This document shows, piece by piece, positions 16,817 to 26,390 of a DNA stretch of 32,102 nt. The position numbers and the translations under genes are program-made. The stretch is from IMG/VR virus record IMGVR_UViG_3300048861_000125, positions 1-32,102 of that record. One strand, written 5' to 3'. Under the pieces are notes generated by a model. The model had not been told where the DNA came from. It worked only from the letters and a program-made list of their open reading frames with translations, and did not search any database. Each line of letters opens with the position of its first letter. Position 1 is the first letter of the stretch. The DNA is from a virus. Lineage: Duplodnaviria > Caudoviricetes.

Positions 16817-17446
16817 TTACTTGCGTGAGCGGATAGCTACGCGCAGCTTGAGATTTTCCAGATCTTCATCTGCAACTGGTGTTTCCGGCGCCGGCGTCGG
16901 TTCTCCCTTCTGTCCGCTCTGTCGCTGTTCGATACGTGAGCGAAACTCATCTGGGATAGATCGCAGATCGACAGAGGAATCCGGGTACGCTGGCCAGCTG
17001 CACGGCGATACTTCAAGCAGCTCAATCTCCGTCAACGTGCGGATCGTCTCTCCGTCTTCGGTCGCCGACCAGTTACAGTCGCGGCATACGAAACCGAACG
17101 AGGTACCGTCGAGGTCGCCGCGATCAATGGACTCTGCCAGATCGTTCGCCGCCGTGGTGTTCGGCAGCTTAATCTTGTAGCGAAGACCATCCTGGGAATC
17201 CTCAAGCGTCAGAGTCTTCGACTTTGTGCGGCCTAGTAGCAGAGTAGAGTCATGGTCACGCAAGGCGAGTATGTCTGCGTTGGCCTCGAGTGCCTGGACG
17301 AACGCGCCGGGAGCGATGATCTCGGTAAAGCCGTAAAGGTCTACGGATGGCGAACTATATGGGATGAGTCCTTCAATGGTGCGTCCGTCATCAGACGCAG
17401 TGACTCGTAGCTCCGCGGTGACGGAGCGTGTTTCACGTTGGGACAT
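16817..17446 (-). CDS. HK97-family prohead protease
   Basis: EIIAPGAF, DHD...LLGRT, SFGF and LLEVS....PAYP motifs. Confidence 0.96.
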   Translation of the reverse strand: MSQRETRSVTAELRVTASDDGRTIEGLIPYSSPSVDLYGFTEIIAPGAFVQALEANADILALRDHDSTLLLGRTKSKTLTLEDSQDGLRYKIKLPNTTAANDLAESIDRGDLDGTSFGFVCRDCNWSATEDGETIRTLTEIELLEVSPCSWPAYPDSSVDLRSIPDEFRSRIEQRQSGQKGEPTPAPETPVADEDLENLKLRVAIRSRK

Positions 17447-17449
17447 TTT

Positions 17450-18724
17450 TTATTCCTTTGGAGTGTCTTTCTTATGACTCGGGTTCCAGTCGGTCACCCA
17501 TTTATCGGCAGACATCATATTTACCGGCGACATAAGAGAGTTGCCGAGTTCGCCGCCCACCGGATTCAGACCGAGCTGCTTGCGTCCTTCATCTATGGTC
17601 AACAACGACCATTGACGACCGAGCGCCAGAGTCTCTAACGTCGTTTTCATATCCGCGCGCAAACGTTCCGTCAGATCGAATCGGATGAGATAGGATGACC
17701 GCTTTCGTGCCGTCATCGGCAGGAGTTTGCGATTGAACTCCGTGGCGATCTTCGTCAGATACGGCGACATCGTTTCGAGGATCAGATTCAGACTGGCTTG
17801 TTCGCTGTTCGCGGTGCTTTGTCTGGTCGTGTCACCGATAAAATGCGGGTCCAAGCGAAATATGGCAGCGATTTCATTGCGGCTGAAGCCGCGGGACTCG
17901 AGGAATGCGGCATCGGACATCGACAGACCCATCTGCATATACTTCATCGGAGCCGGAAGAACCGCGAGTCGACCTTGATTGTTGCCGCTTCCCTGCTTTT
18001 CGAGCATTTCGCGAAGCTGCTGTCCCTGTTCGGCTGTGAGTGGTCCATCGGGAGTGATAAGACCCTTCGGAGAGAACCCATTGCCAATAAACCGTGCGCC
18101 CTGCTTCAGTGTTGCCTGGGCGAATCCGAGCGTTTGAGCCTGGAGCTGAACCGGAGAATGACCACGCAGGCCATTGAACGACCATAGCGGGACATGAATC
18201 ATATCCTTTGCCGGTACTATGCGCTTCACTTCAGAGTCTTCGACAGCGTACTCGAGGAATCCTGCATCATTTCGCTGTGGCGTTACCTTGAGCGGGTTAC
18301 GTGGATATAGTGCAATGGGATTTTTGCGCCCATCACGAACTATTTCGATGTAACCGTTGCCGGTTAGTGCAATTGCACCTGTCAACGTCTCGATGGATAC
18401 CGGAGCCGACATTTCTGAGTTCGGTTGTGTGTCCAGAAGGTACGAAAGCGAATGATCACGCGCTTCCTTCTCCCCTTCTGAGGTCTGCTCATAAATACGA
18501 AGCGGGATACATCCGGCCGTTTCCGCGATGACACGAACACATGAATAGACCCAGCTGATCTGGAGCGAGGTCGTCTCATTGATAGATTCACCAGACGCAG
18601 TCGGTTCTCCACCGGCCATCAGAGAGAAGGCTTGGCGTCCATTCAGCAACATAGAATCGCCTCTTGAGCGAGACTCCCGCTCGCGTTCACCGAACAGATA
18701 GCGGATTGAAGAAAGAAGGTTCAA
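17450..18724 (-). CDS. HK97-family portal protein (start uncertain; TTG 18724 favoured)
   Basis: VYSCVRVIAE, L.GNGY, G..G.SP and EIAAIFR motifs; AAGGA upstream of the TTG just after the terL stop. Confidence 0.95.
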   Translation of the reverse strand: MNLLSSIRYLFGERERESRSRGDSMLLNGRQAFSLMAGGEPTASGESINETTSLQISWVYSCVRVIAETAGCIPLRIYEQTSEGEKEARDHSLSYLLDTQPNSEMSAPVSIETLTGAIALTGNGYIEIVRDGRKNPIALYPRNPLKVTPQRNDAGFLEYAVEDSEVKRIVPAKDMIHVPLWSFNGLRGHSPVQLQAQTLGFAQATLKQGARFIGNGFSPKGLITPDGPLTAEQGQQLREMLEKQGSGNNQGRLAVLPAPMKYMQMGLSMSDAAFLESRGFSRNEIAAIFRLDPHFIGDTTRQSTANSEQASLNLILETMSPYLTKIATEFNRKLLPMTARKRSSYLIRFDLTERLRADMKTTLETLALGRQWSLLTIDEGRKQLGLNPVGGELGNSLMSPVNMMSADKWVTDWNPSHKKDTPKE

Positions 18725-18732
18725 ACGTGTCC

Positions 18733-20433
18733 TTAGATCGTGAAAGGGGCGAATGCCCATGTTTGTGCCGGTTTCGGCTGGTAAACCATTGCCCGAGACA
18801 TAGCGATGCACAGCGCTACTGCGGCGTCGATCTTCTTTTCAGGTGATTCCTTGAATGGCATTCCGTAGTTACCTACGGAAGATTCCTTAACGAGCACGTT
18901 CGACATACACCAGGTCAAAACCGGATCGCCGTTATGGTGGAACCGTCCGTCGTAAACCGCGGCCTCTAACTCTTTAAGAGCTGGCGATAAGACTGACGGG
19001 TTCGGCGGTGTCTCTACCCGGGGTATTCCACTTTGTTCAGAGACACGCAATGCGTAAAAGTCAGCGTATCTCGCGTCGTAGGCTAGTTCTTGCACCTGAT
19101 ACTCGGCAATGTCTGAGAGAGAGTCAGCCTCGAGGACTGCATAATCTATGCTGCTTCCCTCCGTTGCGGTTAGATGGCCTTCCTTAGCCCACTTCTGGTA
19201 GTGCTGATTCTCTGGTGCGTTTACTCGCTCTGATGGAAGATACGCGTTGCAAAATGCATAGTAGTGCGGTTTTCCGTCTATATCCTTACGGAATAGCTTC
19301 ACCGTTGCCGATAAATCCAACTTCGAAGCCAAATCGCTTCCAAGCCAGCAAGGTAAGTCCTTCAACGATTCCGGAGTGAGCGATTCATCAGCTCCCTTAT
19401 TCCAGGTGGACATGTTCATCCACGCTGATGCAGCGGTCATCCAATGGTTAAGGTGCTTGCATCGGAAGATATTCTGCTTCGCCGGATTCCTGACAGCTTC
19501 GGCCTGGTCAAGTAAGAGCGCTTCCTCGTCGTTAGATACCCCCAAATTGGGGTTTGCCATGACAAGAGCTTCTCGCGAGGTCCAATCAACTTCAGGGTCA
19601 GACATATGAATGACTCCGAAGAGCCGTTCATTCTCAATCGTGCCGTCTAATACCTGCTCAACATCGCGTTGCTTAGAGTGGCAAGGGCCTTCAGTAGTGG
19701 AGCCTGCCGTTGAGATGATGCCAATCAAACTGTTCTTACGCTTATTGGCTCCAGTTTTGAACGTGTCATATTGATCCGGGTCGGTTGCTTCATGCAACTC
19801 GTCAAGCAGGGCGCAGTAGACCGAAGCACCATCACCGGGCTTGCCCACAACGGGGTGAAACCTTGATCTAGTACTCGTCTGAAAGAGAGACCTTGCCGCT
19901 ACGGTAATGCCAAAACGCTTCCGTAGAGCTTCAACCTGCTCCACCATAGCCTTAGCTGGCCGGAATACTTCCCATGCCTGCTTCTCTGTCGTGGCTCCGC
20001 AGTAGACCTCTGCGCCTTTTTCGCCATCGAAGAAGGCCATCCAGAGACCGATGATGGCCGCCATTGGCGATTTCCCATTACCGCGGGGAACCAATATGAA
20101 GAATTCGCGGTATTTTCGAACGCCGTTGTTGTCTACCCAACCGAAGATGCTCGCCAGGCAGAAAATCTGCCATGGTTCCATTTTTATCGGTTGTCCTTGG
20201 AGATGGCCTTTCTCATGTGGCATTCGCTCTGCAAATTGACAAATAGCATTGGCTTTCGCAGCATCAAACTTCCACCGCGGGTTCGATTTCAAGTCCCGCA
20301 GATGCCTCTCGCAAGCGAGACGAACCCATTTCGATGCAATTACCTTTCTGGCAACAACGCGGCGTGCATATTCGGTAGCTCGGGAGGAGAAGTCAATTGA
20401 CGAAGCTCCATTCATCTTCTTCGTCTTTGGCAT
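18733..20433 (-). CDS. terL: terminase large subunit
   Basis: Walker A PRGNGKS, Walker B LLDELH, ISTAG, G.DLAS..DL and KIDAAVA motifs. Confidence 0.97.
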   Translation of the reverse strand: MPKTKKMNGASSIDFSSRATEYARRVVARKVIASKWVRLACERHLRDLKSNPRWKFDAAKANAICQFAERMPHEKGHLQGQPIKMEPWQIFCLASIFGWVDNNGVRKYREFFILVPRGNGKSPMAAIIGLWMAFFDGEKGAEVYCGATTEKQAWEVFRPAKAMVEQVEALRKRFGITVAARSLFQTSTRSRFHPVVGKPGDGASVYCALLDELHEATDPDQYDTFKTGANKRKNSLIGIISTAGSTTEGPCHSKQRDVEQVLDGTIENERLFGVIHMSDPEVDWTSREALVMANPNLGVSNDEEALLLDQAEAVRNPAKQNIFRCKHLNHWMTAASAWMNMSTWNKGADESLTPESLKDLPCWLGSDLASKLDLSATVKLFRKDIDGKPHYYAFCNAYLPSERVNAPENQHYQKWAKEGHLTATEGSSIDYAVLEADSLSDIAEYQVQELAYDARYADFYALRVSEQSGIPRVETPPNPSVLSPALKELEAAVYDGRFHHNGDPVLTWCMSNVLVKESSVGNYGMPFKESPEKKIDAAVALCIAMSRAMVYQPKPAQTWAFAPFTI

Positions 20434-20794
20434 CGTCCTTCCCTAGTGTTTGCATCTTCGTCCGCGCCTGCGGATCCATGCCGAGTTTGCCGAGTTGCGA
20501 TGCCAGCAGTCCCATGCGGGCCGCGGACATTGATACCGGATCGTTACGAAGTTCCCATGTAAGCAGCGCGGCGATCTCTAAGGTGATGCGGTCGGCTTTA
20601 CCCGCCACCCCGTCAGGGATGAGCAAAGCAATCTCGTTCCAAATATCCCGCTGATCATCCAAAAGGTGCGACGGCGCCTCGCCAATAATTCCGCCAGGCT
20701 TTGGAGAGAGCTTCCGGGAAGCAAATCGCTTCGGATTTTTAGTCGCAGAGCCTCGAATCATCGCCTGCTCATGCGTTAATCGTTGTCTTGCCAT
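20393..20794 (-). CDS. terS: terminase small subunit
   Basis: Overlaps the terL start; PSHL......W and LGMDPQARTK motifs of P27-like small subunits. Confidence 0.85.
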   Translation of the reverse strand: MARQRLTHEQAMIRGSATKNPKRFASRKLSPKPGGIIGEAPSHLLDDQRDIWNEIALLIPDGVAGKADRITLEIAALLTWELRNDPVSMSAARMGLLASQLGKLGMDPQARTKMQTLGKDDAKDEEDEWSFVN

Positions 20795-20823
20795 GACCTT
20801 CTCAATTGGGGGTAAATAAATTT

Positions 20824-20838
20824 GACCAGGGCTGGGTC
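20824..20838. other. candidate cos site
   Basis: GACC-N7-GGTC dyad just upstream of terS, flanked by AT- and G/C-run tracts; HNH plus HK97-type packaging genes. Confidence 0.35.
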
Positions 20839-20917
20839 TCCGAGTAAGTCACTTGAAACAAATGACATACCCCTATGCCCTTGGCGCTGCAAAGGTTATG
20901 ATTTCATTACAGACTTC

Positions 20918-21466
20918 ATGAATAACACTGCTGGCAGCACAGGGAATGTCGTCGCGATCTACGGAAGTCTCGTGGTAAGTTTTGCGAGCCTAGCTTTAGC
21001 CGCGGCCTCCTTCTGGCTTTCGCGAAAGACTCAAGCGCGGCTAGAACAAGACAAGTCTCGGAAACTTGAAATATCTATAAAAGAGGGAAATTGGATTCGA
21101 AAGGCCAAGAACTTGTTAACCATCCGCGTGCTCATGTTCAACCCGAGCACCAGGGTAAATACCGTAAAAGGTTATGGCATAACGGTGCGCCTAACGGATC
21201 AAAAAGAACACGTATGTGCAATAGAAGAATTAACGACAGGAGAGGATTCGAAGATCAACCCTCTTCCTCTTGAAATTGGGCCCGGTTGCGGAATAGAGGT
21301 TGAAACCGGAACATTGGATGTCAACTTCTCTTTGTTGCCCGACCCCTTCATCTGCAAGATATCAATCATCGATATATACAGTCAGTCATCCTCGGTTTCC
21401 GTGGAAATTCCCCATCCGGAAAGGTCATTGCGACTTTTGTATCCGACATCCACTCCCAAGCTCTAA
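20918..21466 (+). CDS. moron: membrane-anchored hypothetical protein
   Basis: N-terminal TM helix VVAIYGSLVVSFASLALAAASFWL then a beta-rich domain; opposite strand and lower GC than its neighbours. Confidence 0.75.
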   Translation: MNNTAGSTGNVVAIYGSLVVSFASLALAAASFWLSRKTQARLEQDKSRKLEISIKEGNWIRKAKNLLTIRVLMFNPSTRVNTVKGYGITVRLTDQKEHVCAIEELTTGEDSKINPLPLEIGPGCGIEVETGTLDVNFSLLPDPFICKISIIDIYSQSSSVSVEIPHPERSLRLLYPTSTPKL

Positions 21467-21553
21467 ATTCAATACTGTATCTATCCCGTCTGGTTTTAGG
21501 CCGGCTGTCCACGAATTCCATGTAACCTATTGAGAGAAAAGGAAATAACTACC

Positions 21554-21871
21554 ATGCCTCAAGAAGATGTACTCCGAGAATTAGATGAACTGCAATCGGA
21601 TATTGTGATCGCGATCTGTAAGCTGTCTGGAGCCCTTTACGACTTGCTGGAGGAGGATGTTTACGGAAAGAAGATCACCATCCGAAACGCTACCCTCTTC
21701 ATTGATTATTTGGAGCGAACGCCCGTCGACCAAATCATTGCCGCGCTTCCGCCGAGTTCGTTCTCGAATGTAGAACAGATCGGCCGAATAAAGGACTCTG
21801 CTCCCAAACTTCGGCAGGACCTCAAACTGACATTAGCGCTTCATTACTTAGGTGGTGATCCTGAAGCTTAG
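21554..21871 (+). CDS. moron: small acidic helical hypothetical protein
   Basis: AAGGA RBS; 105 aa; opposite strand to the late operon. Confidence 0.7.
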   Translation: MPQEDVLRELDELQSDIVIAICKLSGALYDLLEEDVYGKKITIRNATLFIDYLERTPVDQIIAALPPSSFSNVEQIGRIKDSAPKLRQDLKLTLALHYLGGDPEA

Positions 21872-21886
21872 ATACTGCTTGGTCAC

Positions 21887-22144
21887 CTAGATTGCATATA
21901 TCCAGTAACGTCTGCCGGATTCACCATGAACGGTGACCCTGTAATACACCTTCAGAGTCGGTCGCGCTGGTACTGATGGCGCAGGGCTGTGTTCCTCGCA
22001 GTATTCCCCTGTCAACTCTTCCTTTTCCAGGTCCGTTACAGCTATCGGGGCGTCAGCGTCACAGCCCTTACATCGACCTCGCCAAGTCGTTCTGAGAATT
22101 GCATGGGCTTTCTCTTGGCGAGTTTGATGTCTGTACCTGTTCAT
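21887..22144 (-). CDS. hypothetical protein with CxxC...CxxH motif
   Basis: ATGA overlap with the HNH stop. Confidence 0.6.
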   Translation of the reverse strand: MNRYRHQTRQEKAHAILRTTWRGRCKGCDADAPIAVTDLEKEELTGEYCEEHSPAPSVPARPTLKVYYRVTVHGESGRRYWIYAI

Positions 22145-22488
22145 ACTGCTTTCTTCTCCTCGATCTCGTGACACCCTCTACACAGTGACCTGCGATTATT
22201 AGGATCGAGATGAAGTTCAGGGTGCGATCCCATCTTCTTGATGTGGTGACTGTCAGTTGCCGCGGTGACTCTTCCCTGTTCCAAGCAGCGCCGACACATG
22301 AAGCTGTCACGCCGTAAGGCCTGCTCTCTAACCTTGCGGTGCTGCCGCCCATAACCACGTGACGAAGCCGAACCTCTCCATCGTGACTGCTGGAGTTGCG
22401 CTGCGTCTCTATGCTCATCGCAGTAACCAGAGTCGACCAGAGCTGAGCATCCAGCCTTCCTACAGCTTCTCTTAGATCGGGACGGCAT
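22141..22488 (-). CDS. HNH endonuclease (HK97 gp74-like packaging cofactor)
   Basis: RGYG, L.RD...CRRC, HHI and N..SLC..CH motifs; upstream of the terminase. Confidence 0.92.
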   Translation of the reverse strand: MPSRSKRSCRKAGCSALVDSGYCDEHRDAAQLQQSRWRGSASSRGYGRQHRKVREQALRRDSFMCRRCLEQGRVTAATDSHHIKKMGSHPELHLDPNNRRSLCRGCHEIEEKKAV

Positions 22489-22494
22489 ATGTCG

Positions 22495-22881
22495 TTACGG
22501 TTTTCCTGACAGAATCGGGATCAGCACCTGTACGGCCAATCCGAGCGCACCACCCATGAAACCACCGATTGCTGCCGCGGTTGCAGCGTAAGCCTTCCAG
22601 CGGATCTGATTCGCCTCAAGCACTGCAACACGGCTCGCCAAGGCGATGATTACATCTTCACGTATATGCCTTAGCTTGGCTTCGACCTTCGGCAGCCTTC
22701 CGTGCTCCGTATCCGATCCGACCCCGCCAAGTAGGTTGACTCGAAGGTGTTCCTGATCACGAACTAGCGTATCTACTTTTACAGTTAAATCCTTCACTTC
22801 TACCAGAACCTGCTCTACTAGGCCGAGACTCTGCGTGCTTTCCAGGCTCTGCTGATTGCGGGGCGGACGAATGACGGCCAT
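22495..22881 (-). CDS. coiled-coil plus C-terminal TM protein (putative lysis accessory / holin-like)
   Basis: Heptad pattern, GRL..VE, hydrophobic Gly/Ala C-terminus. Confidence 0.65.
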   Translation of the reverse strand: MAVIRPPRNQQSLESTQSLGLVEQVLVEVKDLTVKVDTLVRDQEHLRVNLLGGVGSDTEHGRLPKVEAKLRHIREDVIIALASRVAVLEANQIRWKAYAATAAAIGGFMGGALGLAVQVLIPILSGKP

Positions 22882-23100
22882 TTATACGCCCTCTTTTCTT
22901 GATTTCCAAAATATGAGTCCCGGAATAATTACACCGGCGATGAAGTTGTGAGCCCAATGCGGGATTGCGGCATAGACATCGAGTACATAGGTGCGGAAGT
23001 CTGGAGAGAACGCCCACAAGCCAGTGACGAACACCCAGGCAGCTGCTGTAGTCTTCGCGCTTATCTTGTGCGCGGCGAGAAAGCCTTTGATCGTTTGCAT
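22882..23100 (-). CDS. putative holin (two TM segments)
   Basis: 72 aa, two hydrophobic segments, basic C-terminus KSRK; abuts the next gene. Confidence 0.6.
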   Translation of the reverse strand: MQTIKGFLAAHKISAKTTAAAWVFVTGLWAFSPDFRTYVLDVYAAIPHWAHNFIAGVIIPGLIFWKSRKEGV

Positions 23101-23191
23101 ATCGGTTATAAGAGAGGCTCCAGATCGCGTCACAACTCCGAGGGAGAGCGGATTCGGCGACGATCCAGAGGGGACAACTCGTTGGGGAGGA

Positions 23192-23539
23192 TTAAGCGGC
23201 TAGCACGGGCCGCCAAGCATCGACGAGGGCAGCGATTCTCGTGTCTCCCATCGCGAACTGTTCGATAACCCGCGGTCCCATCTGTGCACTTTGGTCCCGC
23301 ATCTTACTCGGGAGTGCTTCCATCAGCATGATGATCGAGTTGTAGCGGTTATTCACCCATCGGGCTGCCCCGCAATCGACAAACCATTGCGCCTCAACTT
23401 TCGAGATTCGTTCAGACGCAATACTGGTGGTCTTTACGCCTTTTTTAAACACGGCTACTTCGAACTCGGGAGAGACGGGTGTGCTCATAGGTTTGGGGGG
23501 CGCAGTCGTAGACAGGCGACGCTTCCTGGTAGACGTCAA
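23192..23539 (-). CDS. hypothetical phage protein (start uncertain)
   Basis: 115-aa ORF co-oriented with the late operon. Confidence 0.6.
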   Translation of the reverse strand: MTSTRKRRLSTTAPPKPMSTPVSPEFEVAVFKKGVKTTSIASERISKVEAQWFVDCGAARWVNNRYNSIIMLMEALPSKMRDQSAQMGPRVIEQFAMGDTRIAALVDAWRPVLAA

Positions 23540-23628
23540 ATATCAATGCTTCTTCGGAAAAGCACAACCGGTTACGAGTGCGCTTATAACTTATGAAAGA
23601 AGAATCTCAAAGAAATATCTTTGTAATA

Positions 23629-23664
23629 GGAGTAGGACCTTAGTTGGCAGTCCTACTCCCTTTT
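23629..23664 (+). terminator. intergenic hairpin with T tract on the plus strand
   Basis: GGAGTAGGAC-N11-GTCCTACTCC followed by CTTTT. Confidence 0.5.
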
Positions 23665-23666
23665 AG

Positions 23667-23885
23667 TTATCGCGCCAACCCAGTTTTGAGTAGCTTGCGG
23701 CTATGAGACTCTAGGGAGTGACGGTAACACTCCGGATCAGGGTTCCACATGGCTAATTTCGTACCGCATCCTGGTGTCGAGCATGTCCTACCGCGGCGTT
23801 TACATCTCTCTCTACAAGCTGAGCAGAAGGCGGACTCACGCTTCGAAACTAGATTGTTGCAAGCTTGGCAGATTCCTAGTTTCAT
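23667..23885 (-). CDS. small Cys-rich (zinc-finger-like) protein
   Basis: CxxC-x10-CxxC and C-x4-C-x11-CxxH; ATGA overlap with the antirepressor. Confidence 0.7.
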   Translation of the reverse strand: MKLGICQACNNLVSKRESAFCSACRERCKRRGRTCSTPGCGTKLAMWNPDPECYRHSLESHSRKLLKTGLAR

Positions 23886-24667
23886 GCGGCCTCCTGTAGT
23901 GTCTTATGGAGCCACACGAGACCTTTGCCGGTTACTTTGGTGGTCGAGTAGGTTATCGGTTCTCCGTTGGAGCCTGGGCGCGTTCCCTGCTTCACTCTGA
24001 AATATCCCGAGTCGAGAAAACGCTGATATGGTTTGTTGTTGAGCTGGAGGATCTTCATCCTGCGCAGAACTTCGAATAGTTTGTACTCTCCCCACTGCAG
24101 AAGTTTCGCAGCCTCGCCAACGCTCAGTAGATTGGTCGAATCCGTAACATCATGGGCGTATCGGACCAGTGGCGCATCTTGCTTGATCTGCGTGAACTGA
24201 ACCTCGACCGCGGTTTCGAGCTTCTTTACCTCGGCAGATAACGCAAGCGTCTTCTCGGCGTAGGTGAGGAGTGCGCCGCGAAGATGTGCCGCGTTGTCGA
24301 GATCGAACGCCGGCAAATCCGTCTTCGCCTTGAAATAGCCATTCACGAGCTGGCGCTGTACCTGCCAAGCCCGGTCATCATTCAAGCTCTTTGCAAGAAG
24401 CAAATATCCACTCTCGCTGAGAAGGATTACATTAGGATTACCCAGCGGAGATATGGCTTCCGGGATTAGTGTACGAATTTCGTCTCGTAGTCCGAGGACG
24501 TAGTCTTCTCCCTCGATGAACCGATGACGGTGTTCTGTGAAGTTGCGTCTTGCGGTCCCTTCCGGACGTCCATGCACCTCATCGATCATGGCGAGGGTCA
24601 CCATGCGCTGCCCATTAATCTCGAGGACAGGTACACTCGTGCTACCAATCTTGACGATCTCCTTCAC
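23882..24667 (-). CDS. phage antirepressor (ORF6N N-terminal plus KilAC/ANT C-terminal)
   Basis: GQRMVTLAMIDEVHGRPEGTARRNF and ESGYLLLAKSLNDDRAWQVQRQLVNGYF; PYQRF...GYF and TKVTGKG. Confidence 0.93.
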   Translation of the reverse strand: MKEIVKIGSTSVPVLEINGQRMVTLAMIDEVHGRPEGTARRNFTEHRHRFIEGEDYVLGLRDEIRTLIPEAISPLGNPNVILLSESGYLLLAKSLNDDRAWQVQRQLVNGYFKAKTDLPAFDLDNAAHLRGALLTYAEKTLALSAEVKKLETAVEVQFTQIKQDAPLVRYAHDVTDSTNLLSVGEAAKLLQWGEYKLFEVLRRMKILQLNNKPYQRFLDSGYFRVKQGTRPGSNGEPITYSTTKVTGKGLVWLHKTLQEAA

Positions 24668-24831
24668 CGCGCACCCCCGATTTCAGAAATGGCGCGCTGA
24701 ATGACAATTGCCGCTTCTCTGTTAAATTGACCTTGCTGGAGATGCAAAAGCGAATCGGAAAGAAAAACAATTGCTTCACTCCGGCTTGCAAGAACTCTCG
24801 AATCTAACCAACGAAAAGTACGACCACCCAT
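24664..24831 (-). CDS. small ORF translationally coupled to the antirepressor (55 aa)
   Basis: Manual translation MGGRTFRWLDSRVLASRSEAIVFLSDSLLHLQQGQFNREAAIVIQRAISEIGGAR; GTGA overlap; the strong RBS serves an out-of-frame ATG at 24848. Confidence 0.5.
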   Translation of the reverse strand: MGGRTFRWLDSRVLASRSEAIVFLSDSLLHLQQGQFNREAAIVIQRAISEIGGAR

Positions 24832-24980
24832 AAGTTACTTACTCTCATTTCTCCCCCTCGTGTACGGGATAAGTAATTGAGCTATCGGGGGAGGTCAAGA
24901 AAATTCTTTCGCGAATAGGTCACATTTCTTAGTAACTCAATCGTTCGCCTGAAATCGAAAGATCCTTGCGGTTTTCAGCA

Positions 24981-25068
24981 GAAAAAGCTAAAGGCCGCGC
25001 CCTGGTGGGAACGGCCTTAGCTACGAGGGAGCTGATCAGCGAGAGAGAGAGAGCAGCTCAACCTCGAT
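24981..25068 (-). ncRNA. candidate two-hairpin small RNA ending in an intrinsic terminator
   Basis: Hairpin 25024-25066 with a (CU)n loop, adjacent hairpin 24986-25022 plus T run, and TACTAT -10-like hexamer just upstream. Confidence 0.35.
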
Positions 25069-25707
25069 TAAATAGTACTTTATCATCGCGGTTATCGGCT
25101 TAAACTATTGTAACATTACGAGCCTATGTAGCACAATACATATATAACTCTAATCATCAATAACTATGCGATCATTGATAGCAACAAATATTAAAACTTG
25201 CACTCCCCTATAAGGTATGAGATAAGCACTGTGTTGGGGTTAGAACCTTCCAACATGACAAGTAGTGCGAACCTTTAGTCCTTATTGTCGAGATGACAAG
25301 AAAACAAGGTTAGTTAGCAGTTAGAGATTCTGAATCGTTTGGCGACTTTCAAGCCCCTTCCCCATCCGCGAGGATGGTACCGGTGAAAACACGGAGATCG
25401 AAAGATTGGAACGAGGGTGACGGCTCACACAAAGAGCACGCATAGGAATCTCTAGAACCTGATAACTAATTGAATATTTTCGGGAGAAATCTCTCATTTA
25501 AATGCAATCAAAGTCGTCTTGTTTGCTTGTCATGAATGAAGCTAGTCGTGGTTGCGGTACGGAAATGAAATAGAGACCAAAGAAAAAATGTCCTATTTTG
25601 GCAGCTTGCTGACAAAATAAGCCAGCCGCTAGGCGATGCCAAGAAGCGACAGTCGCACTAAAGGGACAGGGAGTTGGAGATGAATCAATCACTTCTAAGG
25701 TCGGTCT

Positions 25708-25741
25708 CATCCAGATATGCGGTTTTCAGCATATCTGGATG
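25708..25741. repeat. perfect 13-bp inverted repeat
   Basis: CATCCAGATATGC-GGTTTTCA-GCATATCTGGATG. Confidence 0.85.
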
Positions 25742-26115
25742 CCTCACCGGCGAGGTGAAATGGTTGATCAGTCACAGAATGCCGGTGGATAGCCTAGAAC
25801 GATGAACCGCGGTTCTTAGCATCTGCCTGCGGCGCTTGAATGCTAGGGCATTCGGGACATTAAAGATGTTTTCGAGAAATAGAGGTAATAGTGAGAAGGA
25901 AAAAGCAGAAGCCAAGCGCACTAACGACTAATCCTACGTTGCTTTCGCGAGTAGTAGTTGTCTCAAATAACATCAAAGTCCCACCTTCAGAACCGATAAG
26001 CGATCTGGAGAGAACCGCGCGGTTATTTCTGCTCGGCAGTTAACCTACAAAACACCGCGGTCTCATGACCAACATGGAAGGGCTTTGCAAGGTAGTGCGA
26101 TGCGTCACTGATGGC

Positions 26116-26346
26116 TCAACCCTTCAGGAGAGGGGCAAGTATAGGACCGATAATGGAAAGTTTTCGGGTCAGATGTTGCTGGATTACATTATTCTGGGCC
26201 TCAGTAAGAGAGTATCGAGCCTTGATCCAGTCGAGGACATTATCGTCTGAGCCAAATGACTCCTCATGCACAACGGCGTTGCCGCTATATTGACCGACCC
26301 TCCAAGTGTGTGAGGAGAGGAACGTGAGAGCGAACCCGGTTTCCAT
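26116..26346 (-). CDS. possible small hypothetical protein
   Basis: 76-aa ORF with protein-like composition; weak RBS. Confidence 0.35.
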   Translation of the reverse strand: METGFALTFLSSHTWRVGQYSGNAVVHEESFGSDDNVLDWIKARYSLTEAQNNVIQQHLTRKLSIIGPILAPLLKG

Positions 26347-26390
26347 GACAACAGCCTAGCATCTAGTAACCTTAAGGACAGCCAGTCATC

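Noticed and set aside
3563-20700. Numerous plus-strand ORFs of 60-150 aa within the structural operon
   Set aside because: They are antisense shadows of well-supported minus-strand genes and have no motifs of their own.
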